Positions 8,641-19,367 are shown, counted from the stretch's first letter. The stretch: 64,000 nucleotides of DNA from an uncultured Arcobacteraceae bacterium (GCA_964022095.1 CAXHZO010000006.1:1-64000), one strand, 5' to 3'. Made by a program: numbers and translations. The notes: generated by a model not told the origin, from the letters alone.

Positions 8641-10238
8641 TTGATATCCTCATAATAAACACAGTCAATTCCATCATTTAGTTTTATTGTTGTTATTAAG
8701 TTTAGTTCTTCATCAGTATTTTCATAATCTACTCTAAAGTGTGAACCTCTAGACTCTTTTCTATGAATAGCACTTAATATAGTAACTTTAGCAATATCAA
8801 GAGTATTTTTATATTCTATATAGTCAATTAAGTTTTTGTTATAAACTTTTGATTTATCATTAATTCCAATATTATCAATATTATCTCTTAGTTTTCTTAC
8901 CTGATCTAATGCCTGATATAAAGAATCTTTTGATCTAAATAATCCAACTTTACTAAAAAGCATATCAGCAAGTCTATTTTTATCTTCATAAAAATTCAAG
9001 CAATTATCATTTGTTAATAGAGTATTTATTTGTACATTTAAATCTTCTATATTACTTTTTATTTGATATTCACATTTAATATGATTTTTTGCTGCATAAG
9101 CTCCTACAGTTTTGCCCATAACAATAAGTTCTAATAAAGAATTCCCTCCTAATCTATTTGCTCCATGAATATTAGCTTGGGCACACTCACCTAAGGCATA
9201 TAAATTCTTTATATTTGTTTGACCGTTTATATCTACTTTGATTCCACCCATACTATAATGACTTGCTGGTTCAATTGGAAGAATCTCTTCTTCAATTAAA
9301 ATGTTAGAAAACTCTTTTGCCAAATCCCTTTCTTGTGGCATAATCTCTTTAATTTTTTGACTACCTAAATGCCTTAAATCTAGATATACATCATTATTAT
9401 CACTTTGTTTTTTATATATAGCTCTTGAAACTTTATCTCTTGTAGTTAACTCATCTATAAATCTCTCTTTATTACAATCTAATAGAAAGCCACCCTCACC
9501 TCTAGCACTTTCACTAATTAATATATTTGTATGTTTAAGTGTAGTTGGATGAAACTGTACGAACTCCATGTTAGATAATTCAACTTTATTTTTATATGCA
9601 ATTGCAAGACCATCAGCTGTATTTGAAGTAGAGTTTGTAGTTTTATTAGAATATATACCAGCATAGCCACCAGTTGCTAGTATAATTGATTTTGCATGGA
9701 TATCTTTTAGTTCACTACTTTTTATATCTAGTATTGTAACACCTGCACATGATATTTTATATTCATCCATAATTAAATCTAGGAGTATGTGCTCTTCTAA
9801 AAATTCTACTTTTTCATTTAGGCACTTATCATAAAGTGTTTGCAGAATTTTTAATCCTGTATAATCACTAGAATAACATGTTCTGAGCATTTTAGTACCA
9901 CCAAATTTTCTTTGGCTTATTTGATTATTTTCATCTCTACTAAAAGGAACACCAATTTTATTTAACCATATTATTGCATCTTTTGCATGCTCACATAGGT
10001 ACTTAATATTCTGTTTTGATGCTAGATTTAAACTTGCTTTATATGTATCATTTATATGTTGTTCAATGCTATCTTCATTTTCATATAAAACTGCGTTAAT
10101 ACCACCTTGTGCTTGACATGTTTGTGAATGTGTCACTAGAGTTTTAGTTATAACTAAAACTTCTTTACCCTCTTGTTTTGCACTTAATGCTGCAGTTAGT
10201 CCAGCACCACCTGAACCTACTATTATCACATCATACAT
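8637..10238 (-). CDS. Fumarate reductase/succinate dehydrogenase flavoprotein (FrdA/SdhA family)
   Basis: GSGGAG, AQGG, QFHPT, ESARGEGG, HYSMGG, HGANRLGGNSL, RKESRGSH. Confidence 0.9.
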   Translation of the reverse strand: MYDVIIVGSGGAGLTAALSAKQEGKEVLVITKTLVTHSQTCQAQGGINAVLYENEDSIEQHINDTYKASLNLASKQNIKYLCEHAKDAIIWLNKIGVPFSRDENNQISQRKFGGTKMLRTCYSSDYTGLKILQTLYDKCLNEKVEFLEEHILLDLIMDEYKISCAGVTILDIKSSELKDIHAKSIILATGGYAGIYSNKTTNSTSNTADGLAIAYKNKVELSNMEFVQFHPTTLKHTNILISESARGEGGFLLDCNKERFIDELTTRDKVSRAIYKKQSDNNDVYLDLRHLGSQKIKEIMPQERDLAKEFSNILIEEEILPIEPASHYSMGGIKVDINGQTNIKNLYALGECAQANIHGANRLGGNSLLELIVMGKTVGAYAAKNHIKCEYQIKSNIEDLNVQINTLLTNDNCLNFYEDKNRLADMLFSKVGLFRSKDSLYQALDQVRKLRDNIDNIGINDKSKVYNKNLIDYIEYKNTLDIAKVTILSAIHRKESRGSHFRVDYENTDEELNLITTIKLNDGIDCVYYEDIK

Positions 10239-10239
10239 A

Positions 10240-10659
10240 TTATTCCCAAAAGTCTTTTAGTTGTTCTTTTTTATCTTTTTGAGATGTAGGTGTTTCATTT
10301 GTTGTATTTAATTCTAATTGATCAATTTGAGCTAATGCTTTCTCTAATTCGTCATTGTTTATTTCTGAATTACTGTTTTCATTTTTTTCAATTCTTTTTT
10401 CAACAGGCTTAGAAATTGTTTCATGTGAAACATTTTTAATCAAAGGTTTTTCTTTCATTGTATTTTTCATTTCTAAATATTCATTAATTAATGCTTCATA
10501 TTTATTAAAATCCATTAACATAAAACTAGGTTTTCCATCTCTTAATATTACGGCTTTTTCTATTTCATCATTTTGAAGCTTATCAAAAACCATTTTACTT
10601 TTTCTAATAAGCTCAGTTGATGAAAACATCTCTTTTGATGTATATTGTAGTAGTGACAT
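10240..10659 (-). CDS. Hypothetical protein with Phd/YefM-like N-terminal DNA-binding motif
   Basis: FSSTELIRK...AVILRDGKPSFMLMDFNKYE pattern; acidic low-complexity tail. Confidence 0.55.
   Translation of the reverse strand: MSLLQYTSKEMFSSTELIRKSKMVFDKLQNDEIEKAVILRDGKPSFMLMDFNKYEALINEYLEMKNTMKEKPLIKNVSHETISKPVEKRIEKNENSNSEINNDELEKALAQIDQLELNTTNETPTSQKDKKEQLKDFWE
10417..10432. promoter_or_regulatory. parS site (1 mismatch)
   Basis: TGTTTCATGTGAAACA. Confidence 0.75.
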
Positions 10660-10860
10660 TCTTACTCCTATACGTATTGTAGTTTGTATTTTATTTATTA
10701 TTATAATAGATTTTTTAGAAATATGAAATAGTTATTGACCTATTTAAAGGCTTTTTTGAATAAAAAGTTAAATATTATGAGATATTAAATACATATTTAA
10801 GTATGTAGTGAGAATATTATTATAAAAGGTATTAAGTAGTTGATCAAATGATTCAATACT

Positions 10861-10892
10861 ATATCTTTACAAATTTAGATTTGTAAAGATAT
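10861..10892 (-). terminator. Hairpin downstream of phoH-like gene
   Basis: atatctttacaaat-ttag-atttgtaaagatat, 14-bp stem. Confidence 0.7.
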
Positions 10893-10899
10893 AAGTAGT

Positions 10900-12300
10900 T
10901 TATTTTGAAAATATCTTTTCAGCCCATTCTGTAATTGGACCTCTTAGAACTTTTTGTAATTTAATTGCAAAATTGTTAACAAGATCACTTTTATGTTGAG
11001 TTGATTTTAATAGAGTTGTTAATGCATTTGTGTATTTATTAACATAGAAGTTATCTATTTGTTTATTCGATCCAAGTATCACAACTTTACATGTATTATC
11101 AATTCTTGATAATACCATTTGCATAGTTTTATTTGACATATTTTGTGCTTCATCAATAATTATAAACGCATTAGATAAAGTTCTACCTCTCATCTCTCCA
11201 ACCCACATAGTTTCAATAGCATAGTTTTTGATTAATTCTTCTATTCTTATAGTTACTTCTGCATCATCTAGTTCTTGTATGAAATCATTATTCTTTTTAG
11301 ATTTTTTCTTTTTATAATCACTTCTAATAATGTAATCTAAACTATCCATTAATGGATGATTGTATATTGCAAACTTTTCTTCAAGCCCAGGTAAGTATCC
11401 AACATCTTCACCTTTATCCAATGATTCAATAGAGTTTCTAATATAAATAATTCTTTGAAAATGTTTTTGTCTAACAAGTTTTAAAGCGCCACTTAATGCA
11501 AGCAAAGTTTTACCAGAACCTGCTTTTGCTTCTACTATTAGAACATTATAAAAATGGCTAAGTATTGCATTTGAGAAAAATAGTTGTTCTTTATTTAAGG
11601 GTGTAATTATTTGATTCCTAATTTCACCTTCATCTAAAAGTATTATTCTATTGTTTTGTACTGTTGCAAGGATAATTTGATCAGAAGATTTAACTTTAAA
11701 ACAGTAGTTATAGTTATATGGTTTATAAGCTTCATCAAAATCAGTTATTAAAGCATTGTCTAAAAATTCTGTATCTTCAAAGCTGACTTCAACTTCTTTT
11801 ACAAATTCATAGTTGAACTCTTCTTTATTACCAACTAAAGCATCAGTTTTAATATCTAGGGATATTGCTCTTGTTCTTGCCATAATATCAAGAGATAAAA
11901 ATTCTATTTCTACTTTATAATAGGTATTTGCAAATGTAGCAATCTCTAGGATTTTTCTATCATTTATGATATTAATTGGAACATTCTTAACATTTACATC
12001 ATAATTTTCTTTTGAGATTACATCTATAATTGCATTTAATTTATCATTAATTTGAAGTCTAATGATTTTATACTCACCTTGCTTTTTTGATTCTATAATA
12101 TCAGCACTTTCCAATATTCTTGCAAACTCTCTTGCTTGAAAGTTTATTTCATCAAAACCACTTTTTTTACTATCAATTTCATCAAGTACTGTTTCTGGTA
12201 AGATTATAAGGTTTTTTGAGTCATCTGCTAATTTGTATATATTAGAAGCATCTTCTAACATAATATTTGTGTCTAAGACATAATGTTTATCAAAACTCAT
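10900..12300 (-). CDS. PIN domain + PhoH ATPase (PhoH2-like)
   Basis: YVLDTN and VLDEID PIN motifs; AGSGKT, MRGRTL, IIDEAQN PhoH motifs. Confidence 0.88.
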   Translation of the reverse strand: MSFDKHYVLDTNIMLEDASNIYKLADDSKNLIILPETVLDEIDSKKSGFDEINFQAREFARILESADIIESKKQGEYKIIRLQINDKLNAIIDVISKENYDVNVKNVPINIINDRKILEIATFANTYYKVEIEFLSLDIMARTRAISLDIKTDALVGNKEEFNYEFVKEVEVSFEDTEFLDNALITDFDEAYKPYNYNYCFKVKSSDQIILATVQNNRIILLDEGEIRNQIITPLNKEQLFFSNAILSHFYNVLIVEAKAGSGKTLLALSGALKLVRQKHFQRIIYIRNSIESLDKGEDVGYLPGLEEKFAIYNHPLMDSLDYIIRSDYKKKKSKKNNDFIQELDDAEVTIRIEELIKNYAIETMWVGEMRGRTLSNAFIIIDEAQNMSNKTMQMVLSRIDNTCKVVILGSNKQIDNFYVNKYTNALTTLLKSTQHKSDLVNNFAIKLQKVLRGPITEWAEKIFSK

Positions 12301-12821
12301 TTTGCATCTTTTGGAGTTTGTTTTAATACTTTATAGATAATAAAAGCACCTACAAGTAATGTAATGGCTGTAAATAAAATAGAAAAAGTTTTTGTAATTA
12401 CATATCCAACAATTAATAAAGATAAGACAGTTGGAACTTCATTATATGCTCTAAAGAAATTACCACTTTTTTCGTAGTTTTCTTTTTCTAAATCTTTTCT
12501 ATATTTTTCTAATGAAAAACTATAAACAATTAAAAAAAATGCTACTAATAGTTTTGCATGCATCCAGCCTCCAGCTTCACCTGAAAGCATATAAGGATTT
12601 AAATAAAGCATAAAAGCACCACTTATAATAGTTGCCCACATTGCTGGCATACCAATATACTTATATATTTTAAACTCTTGTATCTTAACAATATCAACGT
12701 AATCTTTTTTATTCTTATTCTCTACATGGTAAACATAAAGTCTAGGTAAGTAAAAAAGCATTGCCATCCATGACATAAATGCCATAATATGAAAAGTAAG
12801 TATCCATGAGTAGTATTCCAC
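12297..12821 (-). CDS. hemJ: Protoporphyrinogen oxidase HemJ
   Basis: FHI...SWMAMLFYLPRLYVYH, WMHAKL, NEVPT motifs; GTG start. Confidence 0.92.
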   Translation of the reverse strand: MEYYSWILTFHIMAFMSWMAMLFYLPRLYVYHVENKNKKDYVDIVKIQEFKIYKYIGMPAMWATIISGAFMLYLNPYMLSGEAGGWMHAKLLVAFFLIVYSFSLEKYRKDLEKENYEKSGNFFRAYNEVPTVLSLLIVGYVITKTFSILFTAITLLVGAFIIYKVLKQTPKDAK

Positions 12822-14008
12822 TAGTTATCCTTGTTTTTTATTTTGCTGATCCAATCATTTAGAGTTTTTTCAAAACCAATATTTGAGCTTTCATAAAGAT
12901 GTAAATCCTCTTTTAGGTACTCTTGTTGTATATATCCACCATAATCATGGGGATATTTATATCCAATATGTTGTGAATCAAGATGCTTTGGTATCTCTAA
13001 TATTCTACCACTTTTAACTTCACTAATTGCTTTATTTATTGCCATATATGCACTATTTGATTTTGGAGATGAAGCTAAATATATAACACACTGCGATAAC
13101 ATGATTCTAGATTCAGGGTACCCTATTTTATTACAAGCTTGCATTGTACTTACTGCTAAATTTAAAGCATTTGGATTTGCATTTCCTATATCTTCACTTG
13201 CAAATATTACAAGACGTCTAGTAATAAAATCAACACTTTCTCCACCATTTATTAATCTAGATAGATAATATAGTGCTGCATCAATGTTAGAGCCTCTCAT
13301 TGACTTAATAAGAGCACTTGCTAGGTCATAGTGAGTGTCAGAAGATGAAACTCCATCTCCTATTGCATTTTCCCTTAACTGTTTTAAATGTTCAATTGTG
13401 ATTTCGCTTGTAACTTTTGTTGAAAAATTTAATAAAGTTAACATAGCCCTAGCATCTCCAGAACTAGAAATGATTAAATACTCTTTAGCTTCTTCATCTA
13501 ATAATATATTTGTATCACTTAAAACTACATCTAAAATTTTTGTCATATCCTCTTTTGTAAAAGCTTTGAATTCATATAAAAAAGAACGTGATCTAATAGC
13601 ATTTGTTAATGTGAAAAATGGATTTTCTGTACTAGCACCAATAATTATTGCATCATAATTTTCCATTATTGGAAGTAAAACTTCTTGTTGATTTTTTGAT
13701 AGTCTATGTACTTCATCTATAAAGATTAAAGGTTTAATTAAAGCATTTTTATATCTATCAAATACTTTACGTAAATCTTCTACTTTGATTGAAGTTGCAT
13801 TAAAATAGTAATAATCAGTTCCTATTTCTTTTGCAATAATTTTAGCTAAGGTAGTTTTCCCAGTTCCAGGTTTTCCATAAAAGAATAGGTGTGGAATGTC
13901 TTTTTGTTTTATGAGTTTATATAAGGTTTTGTTTTTTGAAATTATGTGAGATTGGCCAACAAAAGTTTCTAAACTTGTTGGCCTAAATTTATTCGCTAAG
14001 TCTTGCAT
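12821..14008 (-). CDS. rarA: Replication-associated recombination protein A
   Basis: RP..L..FVGQ, GKPGTGKTT, IDEVHR, ASTENP, ASEDIG. Confidence 0.92.
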   Translation of the reverse strand: MQDLANKFRPTSLETFVGQSHIISKNKTLYKLIKQKDIPHLFFYGKPGTGKTTLAKIIAKEIGTDYYYFNATSIKVEDLRKVFDRYKNALIKPLIFIDEVHRLSKNQQEVLLPIMENYDAIIIGASTENPFFTLTNAIRSRSFLYEFKAFTKEDMTKILDVVLSDTNILLDEEAKEYLIISSSGDARAMLTLLNFSTKVTSEITIEHLKQLRENAIGDGVSSSDTHYDLASALIKSMRGSNIDAALYYLSRLINGGESVDFITRRLVIFASEDIGNANPNALNLAVSTMQACNKIGYPESRIMLSQCVIYLASSPKSNSAYMAINKAISEVKSGRILEIPKHLDSQHIGYKYPHDYGGYIQQEYLKEDLHLYESSNIGFEKTLNDWISKIKNKDN

Positions 14009-14798
14009 CTTCTTCGTTCATAAAGATTTTTAAGTTTCTATACTCTTCTCTTGAAAGGAATCTTGATTTTCCAGTTGGTAGATTATTTAAAGAAATCCCA
14101 CCAAACTCTAATCTTTTTAAGTCCATAACATCTAAACTAAAGTGAGCAAAAAATCTTCTAAGTTCTCTATTTTTACCTTCATTTATAACTACTTTAATTC
14201 TAGAAAAATTTGTATCATTTCTTTGAATATCATAAGCTAAAAATGGAGCAAATTTCATACCTTTGATTTTACTATCTTTATGTGCACCATTTGATGCATC
14301 TTCAAGTTCTAAACCTTTTTGCATTGCTTCTTCAACTTTTTTAGTAATAAAACCATTTACTTTGATTTTATATACTCTTTCTAAGTCAGAATGAACAATG
14401 TTATTTAAAACGTCTACAGAGTCTGTTAAAAGCAGAACTCCTTCACTTGCATAGTCGAGTCGCCCTATTGGTAAAAAGTGTTTATATTTGCTTCCTAGTG
14501 TATGAAAAATAGTTCTTCTGCCTTGAGGATCACTTTTAGAAACTATTTCCCCTTTTGGTTTGTTATATACAATAACTGTTACCATTCGGTTTTTATCTTC
14601 TTTAATGATTTTTTTACCTATATGAACTTCGTCATTAGGTGATACTTTTGTAGATAGACTTTCAACTAGTTTACCATTTATAGTAACTTTGCCCTCTTCT
14701 ATTAATTTATCAGCTTCTCTTCTTGAGTAGCCACTATTATGAGAAATAAATTTATTTAATCTAACTCTCTCTGGTTTTTGTTCGTTTGTTCTTTTCAT
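13989..14798 (-). CDS. rluB: rRNA pseudouridine synthase (RluB/RsuA family)
   Basis: S4 domain SRREAD, GRLD catalytic motif, EGKNRELRR. Confidence 0.8.
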   Translation of the reverse strand: MKRTNEQKPERVRLNKFISHNSGYSRREADKLIEEGKVTINGKLVESLSTKVSPNDEVHIGKKIIKEDKNRMVTVIVYNKPKGEIVSKSDPQGRRTIFHTLGSKYKHFLPIGRLDYASEGVLLLTDSVDVLNNIVHSDLERVYKIKVNGFITKKVEEAMQKGLELEDASNGAHKDSKIKGMKFAPFLAYDIQRNDTNFSRIKVVINEGKNRELRRFFAHFSLDVMDLKRLEFGGISLNNLPTGKSRFLSREEYRNLKIFMNEEDARLSE

Positions 14799-15760
14799 TA
14801 TTTAATTCCAGCTTCTACTAAATCATGAATATGTAAAACTCCAACAAGTTTATTATCCTCTTCTGTTACAACAAGAAGCTGAATTTTATAATCTTCAATA
14901 ACCTCTAATGCATCACTTGCTAATAGGTTCTTATTATTCAATGTTTTTGGATTCATAGTTGCAATATCTTCTACATTACAATCTATTGAAAAATCATTTT
15001 CCATAAGTGCTCTTCTTAAGTCACCATCACTTAAAAGCCCAAGAACTTTGTTCTGTTCATCGGTAATAATTACACTTCCAAGTCTTCCAGCACTCATAGC
15101 TACAATTGCATCTTTTAGTTTTGTTTCACGTGAAACGATTGGTAAATCATCTTTTCTAAGTAAATCATCTACTTTTACAAAAAGTTTTTTACCTAAACTT
15201 CCACCTGGGTGGAATGATGCAAAATCTTCTTTTTGGAAGTTTCTTTTTTTCATTAAGCAAACTGCTAGTGCATCACCCATTGCCATAGTTAAGGTTGTAG
15301 ATGAAGTTGGTGCAGTATCTAAAGGACAAGCCTCTTTTTCTACTGAAATATTAATAAATACATCAGAGTATTTAGCAAGTGTAGATTTTTCATTTCTTGC
15401 CATTGCGATTAATGGAATATTAAATCTTTTTAAGTGAGGTAAAATTTGAACTAACTCTTCACTTTCCCCACTATAAGAAATTCCAAGAACAATATCATCT
15501 TTACTAATCATTCCTAAATCACCATGCATAGCTTCTGTGGGATGTAAGAAAAAAGAGCTTGTTCCAGTACTTGCTAATGTTGCAGCAATTTTAGTACCAA
15601 CAAGTCCAGATTTCCCAACACCAGTGATTATAAGTTTTCCCTTTGAATTAATTATTAAATCAATTGCTTTGTCAATATCAAAAGAGATATTTTGTGCTGC
15701 TTTTTCAATCTCTTTTGCTTCTGTTAATAAAACATCTTTAATAACCTCTTTAAAGTTCAT
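14798..15760 (-). CDS. kdsD: KpsF/GutQ arabinose-5-phosphate isomerase
   Basis: GVGKSG, EAMHGDLG, APTSST, FHPGG, CBS pair. Confidence 0.9.
   Translation of the reverse strand: MNFKEVIKDVLLTEAKEIEKAAQNISFDIDKAIDLIINSKGKLIITGVGKSGLVGTKIAATLASTGTSSFFLHPTEAMHGDLGMISKDDIVLGISYSGESEELVQILPHLKRFNIPLIAMARNEKSTLAKYSDVFINISVEKEACPLDTAPTSSTTLTMAMGDALAVCLMKKRNFQKEDFASFHPGGSLGKKLFVKVDDLLRKDDLPIVSRETKLKDAIVAMSAGRLGSVIITDEQNKVLGLLSDGDLRRALMENDFSIDCNVEDIATMNPKTLNNKNLLASDALEVIEDYKIQLLVVTEEDNKLVGVLHIHDLVEAGIK
15122..15137. promoter_or_regulatory. parS site inside kdsD
   Basis: TGTTTCACGTGAAACG. Confidence 0.8.
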
Positions 15761-15772
15761 GCAAATCCTTAA

Positions 15773-17752
15773 TTATTGTACAAAGATAGTTGGAACTATC
15801 ATTGGATATTTCTTGTATTTTCTAATACAGTGTTTTCTTACAACTTTTCTTAATTCGTCTTCTAAGATTCTACTGTTTTTGAAAATTCCAGGTTTAACAT
15901 TTTCTAGGAATGTTGATAATAAGTCTTCTATTTCTTTAGAGAAGAATTTATCTTGTTTATCAGGAACTAATCCAAATGAAGTAACTTTAGGTCTTTGTGC
16001 TAATGTTCTATCATTTTCATTAATTTGAGCAACAATCATTACAACACCCTCGTTTGCCATAGTTTGTCTATCAATAACAATATCATCAGAGATTTTATGG
16101 TTAAGTTGATTATCAATATAAACTTTACCAGTTTTAACTGTTTTAACTTTTTTAAGATATTTAGGAGTTACTTCAATTTGTTCTCCATCACCCATAATAT
16201 ATACATTTCTTTCTAATACTCCACACGCAATACCTGTTTGCCCATGTTTTAATGCATGGTTATACTCACCATGAACTGGTAAGAAGAATTTAGGTTTTAC
16301 AAGTCTAAGCATTAATTTTTGCTCTTCTTGTGCAGCATGTCCTGAAACGTGAATATCTCCATACTCTTGGTATGCTACTTTAGCCCCAGCTTTTAATAAG
16401 TGGTTAATTATTCCAGAAACACTTGCTTCATTTCCAGGAATTGCTTTTGCTGAAAGAATAATTTGATCATCTGGTTTAATTTTAATATGTCTATGCTCAT
16501 GAATTGCCATTCTATAAAGTGCAGACATTGCTTCACCTTGAGAACCAGTTGTTACAATTAAAACTTCTTTATCATTATATTTATTAACTTCATGTGCATC
16601 AATAAATTGATCTTTTGGGAACTTTATATAACCTAAGCTCATTGCTAAGTCTAAGTTCTTTTCCATTGATCTACCAATAACACAGATTTTTCTACCAAAT
16701 GAAATTGCTCTTTCAATTGCTTGTGCAACTCTGTGAATATTTGAAGAGAAAGTTGACATAATCACCCTACCCGTAGCTGTTGAAAACAGTCTGTCAAATG
16801 TAGGTCCTACAGTTTTCTCAGTTCTTGTAAATCCTGGAGAATGTGAGTTTGTTGAATCTGATGTTAAAAGTAAAACACCCTTCTCTCCGTAATGTGCAAG
16901 TCTGTGTAAATCTGTTGGGAATCCATCATATGGAGTATGGTCAATTTTAAAATCACCAGTATGAATCATAGTTCCAGCTTCAGTTGTAACAGCAATTGAA
17001 GATGAATCAATAATTGAGTGAGTAACATGCATCCACTCTACTTCAAATTCATTACCTATTTTAATAGGTCTTCTTTTTTGAACAGCTCTAAATAAAGATC
17101 TATGCTCTCTCATTTTGTGCTCATCAAATTTTGAACCAATCATTTCAAGTGGTAATGATGTTCCAAATATTGGGAATTGCATCTCTTTAAATAAGTATGG
17201 CATTGCACCAATATGATCTTCATGACCATGAGTAATAATAACACCAACGATTTTATCTTTGATTTGTCTAATATATGTGAAATCAGGAATTAAAATATCA
17301 ACTCCATGCATATCTTCATCTGGGAAACTCATCCCAACATCAACAATGATAGCTTCATTTTCAGTTTCGATAACCATCATATTCCCACCAATTTCACCTA
17401 ATCCACCAAGTGGAGTAATCTTCAATTTAGCAGTTGTATTTAAGTTTAATTTATAGTGAGGATTTAATCTATCTCTATGAATTTTTTCGTTTATAACGTA
17501 AGCTTTTTTTAAATCACTTACCCATCCCTCTTTTGGTCCACCAGCAGGTCCCTTTTTTATATTATTATTAGGTCTTGGTTTTCTTTTATTTTTATTAAAA
17601 GGAGGTTTTTTCTTGTTCTCTGTGTCTTGAGTATTTGGGTTGTTTTGAGAAGTTTCCTTTTCTTTAGGAGCTTCATTTTGTGTATTTACACTAGTATTTG
17701 TAGTTGGCTTTTCTTGAACTACAACAGTTTCCTCAGTTTTGATCTCTTCCAT
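15773..17752 (-). CDS. rnj: Ribonuclease J with disordered N-terminal extension
   Basis: LGGLGEIGGN, THGHEDHIG, HTGDFK, HVSGHA, PVHGE. Confidence 0.95.
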   Translation of the reverse strand: MEEIKTEETVVVQEKPTTNTSVNTQNEAPKEKETSQNNPNTQDTENKKKPPFNKNKRKPRPNNNIKKGPAGGPKEGWVSDLKKAYVINEKIHRDRLNPHYKLNLNTTAKLKITPLGGLGEIGGNMMVIETENEAIIVDVGMSFPDEDMHGVDILIPDFTYIRQIKDKIVGVIITHGHEDHIGAMPYLFKEMQFPIFGTSLPLEMIGSKFDEHKMREHRSLFRAVQKRRPIKIGNEFEVEWMHVTHSIIDSSSIAVTTEAGTMIHTGDFKIDHTPYDGFPTDLHRLAHYGEKGVLLLTSDSTNSHSPGFTRTEKTVGPTFDRLFSTATGRVIMSTFSSNIHRVAQAIERAISFGRKICVIGRSMEKNLDLAMSLGYIKFPKDQFIDAHEVNKYNDKEVLIVTTGSQGEAMSALYRMAIHEHRHIKIKPDDQIILSAKAIPGNEASVSGIINHLLKAGAKVAYQEYGDIHVSGHAAQEEQKLMLRLVKPKFFLPVHGEYNHALKHGQTGIACGVLERNVYIMGDGEQIEVTPKYLKKVKTVKTGKVYIDNQLNHKISDDIVIDRQTMANEGVVMIVAQINENDRTLAQRPKVTSFGLVPDKQDKFFSKEIEDLLSTFLENVKPGIFKNSRILEDELRKVVRKHCIRKYKKYPMIVPTIFVQ

Positions 17753-18533
17753 TTCTTACCTTTGTATGCAATTGGCTATACAAAGATGAACTTACTTCAT
17801 GAGGTCTAATATTATCATTTATATCAAGCTCTTTAAAAAGATCGGATATTAAATTTTTGTCAACTATTGATGAAAGATTTTTTGAAAGCTTCTTTCTTGG
17901 TTGTGTGAAACAGGCCTTTAAAAAGTCTTTAAAACTCTTATCAATAGTTTTATTTAAATCTTTTCTTATAAAAAGAATTGAAGACATTACCTTTGGAGGT
18001 GGATCAAATGATTCAGGAGGTACATCAAATAGTAACCTTGAATCGATTGATAAACTTTCAGCAATAATACCTAAAGAAGAGTACTCTTTCTCTTTTACTT
18101 TTGCAGTAAATTTTTGAGCTACTTCTTTTTGCACCATTACAATAATGTGTTCACAGTTTTTATCTTCAAATGCTCTTAATATAATATTTGTCGCAATATA
18201 ATATGGTAAGTTTGCAATCATGTCATATTTACCATCATGAAGGCTACCTTGTTTATCCCAAGCTTCTAAAACGTCAGTGTGGATCAGTTTTAGTTTACCA
18301 TCATTCATTTGTATTGCGAATTTAGACTTTAGAATACTAATTAAATCAGTATCCACTTCATAAGCAGTCATATCTTTGTACTTGACTAATTTCTCGGTCA
18401 AATCACCTAATCCAGGCCCAATTTCTACGACGTAGTTATTGTTGTTGGGCATCGATTGGATGATTCTATCCAATATTGTTGAATCTTTTAAAAAGTTTTG
18501 TCCGAATTTCTTTTTTGCTTTTACATTTTCCAT
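17733..18533 (-). CDS. rsmA: 16S rRNA dimethyladenosine transferase KsgA
   Basis: KKKFGQNFL, EIGPGLG, ANLPY, MVQKEVA, FDPPPKV. Confidence 0.95.
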   Translation of the reverse strand: MENVKAKKKFGQNFLKDSTILDRIIQSMPNNNNYVVEIGPGLGDLTEKLVKYKDMTAYEVDTDLISILKSKFAIQMNDGKLKLIHTDVLEAWDKQGSLHDGKYDMIANLPYYIATNIILRAFEDKNCEHIIVMVQKEVAQKFTAKVKEKEYSSLGIIAESLSIDSRLLFDVPPESFDPPPKVMSSILFIRKDLNKTIDKSFKDFLKACFTQPRKKLSKNLSSIVDKNLISDLFKELDINDNIRPHEVSSSLYSQLHTKVRNGRDQN

Positions 18534-18604
18534 TAATGCAAGAGTATATCTGTATTTAACTTACAATTAGATAAGATATTAGTACATATTATTAAGGAAT
18601 TTAT

Positions 18605-19366
18605 TTGAGTAGTTTTGCAAAAAGAATAATACCATGTTTAGATGTAGATAACGGAAGAGTTGTAAAAGGTGTAAACTTCGTAGGTTTAAGAGATGCTGGT
18701 GATCCAGTAGAAGTTGCAAAAAGATATAATAATGAAGGTGCAGATGAAATAACTTTTTTGGATATCACTGCAAGTCATGAAAATAGAGGAACAATAGTTG
18801 ATATTGTTAAACAAGTAGCAAAAGAGGTTTTTATTCCCTTAACTGTAGGTGGTGGAATTAGAAAACTTGAAGATATTTATTCACTATTAAATGTTGGTTG
18901 TGACAAAGTTTCAATTAACTCTTCTGCTGTAAGTAACCCTGATTTAATAAATGAAGGGGCAAAAAGATTTGGAAGTCAATGTATTGTAACTGCAATTGAT
19001 GTAAAAAAAGTTGCTGATGGTTCATATCATGTTTTTGTAAAAGGTGGTAGAGAAGATACTGGCCTTGATGCAGTAAAATGGGCACAAGAAGTATATGATA
19101 GAGGTGCAGGAGAAATTCTTCTAACTTCAATGGATACAGACGGTGCTAAAACTGGATTTGAATTAGAAATTACTCAAAAGATTTCTAATTTAGTTGATAT
19201 TCCTGTTATTGCCTCTGGTGGAGCTGGAACTATGGATCATATGAAAGAAGCTTTTGAACATGGTGCAAGTGCAGCCCTAGCAGCTTCAATCTTCCACTTT
19301 AAAGAGATTGATATTATGGATTTAAAACACTACTTAAAAGATAATGGAATTCCAGTAAGGATATAA
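18605..19366 (+). CDS. hisF: Imidazole glycerol phosphate synthase subunit HisF
   Basis: [37 protein letters not shown]. Confidence 0.96.
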   Translation: MSSFAKRIIPCLDVDNGRVVKGVNFVGLRDAGDPVEVAKRYNNEGADEITFLDITASHENRGTIVDIVKQVAKEVFIPLTVGGGIRKLEDIYSLLNVGCDKVSINSSAVSNPDLINEGAKRFGSQCIVTAIDVKKVADGSYHVFVKGGREDTGLDAVKWAQEVYDRGAGEILLTSMDTDGAKTGFELEITQKISNLVDIPVIASGGAGTMDHMKEAFEHGASAALAASIFHFKEIDIMDLKHYLKDNGIPVRI

Positions 19367-19367
19367 A

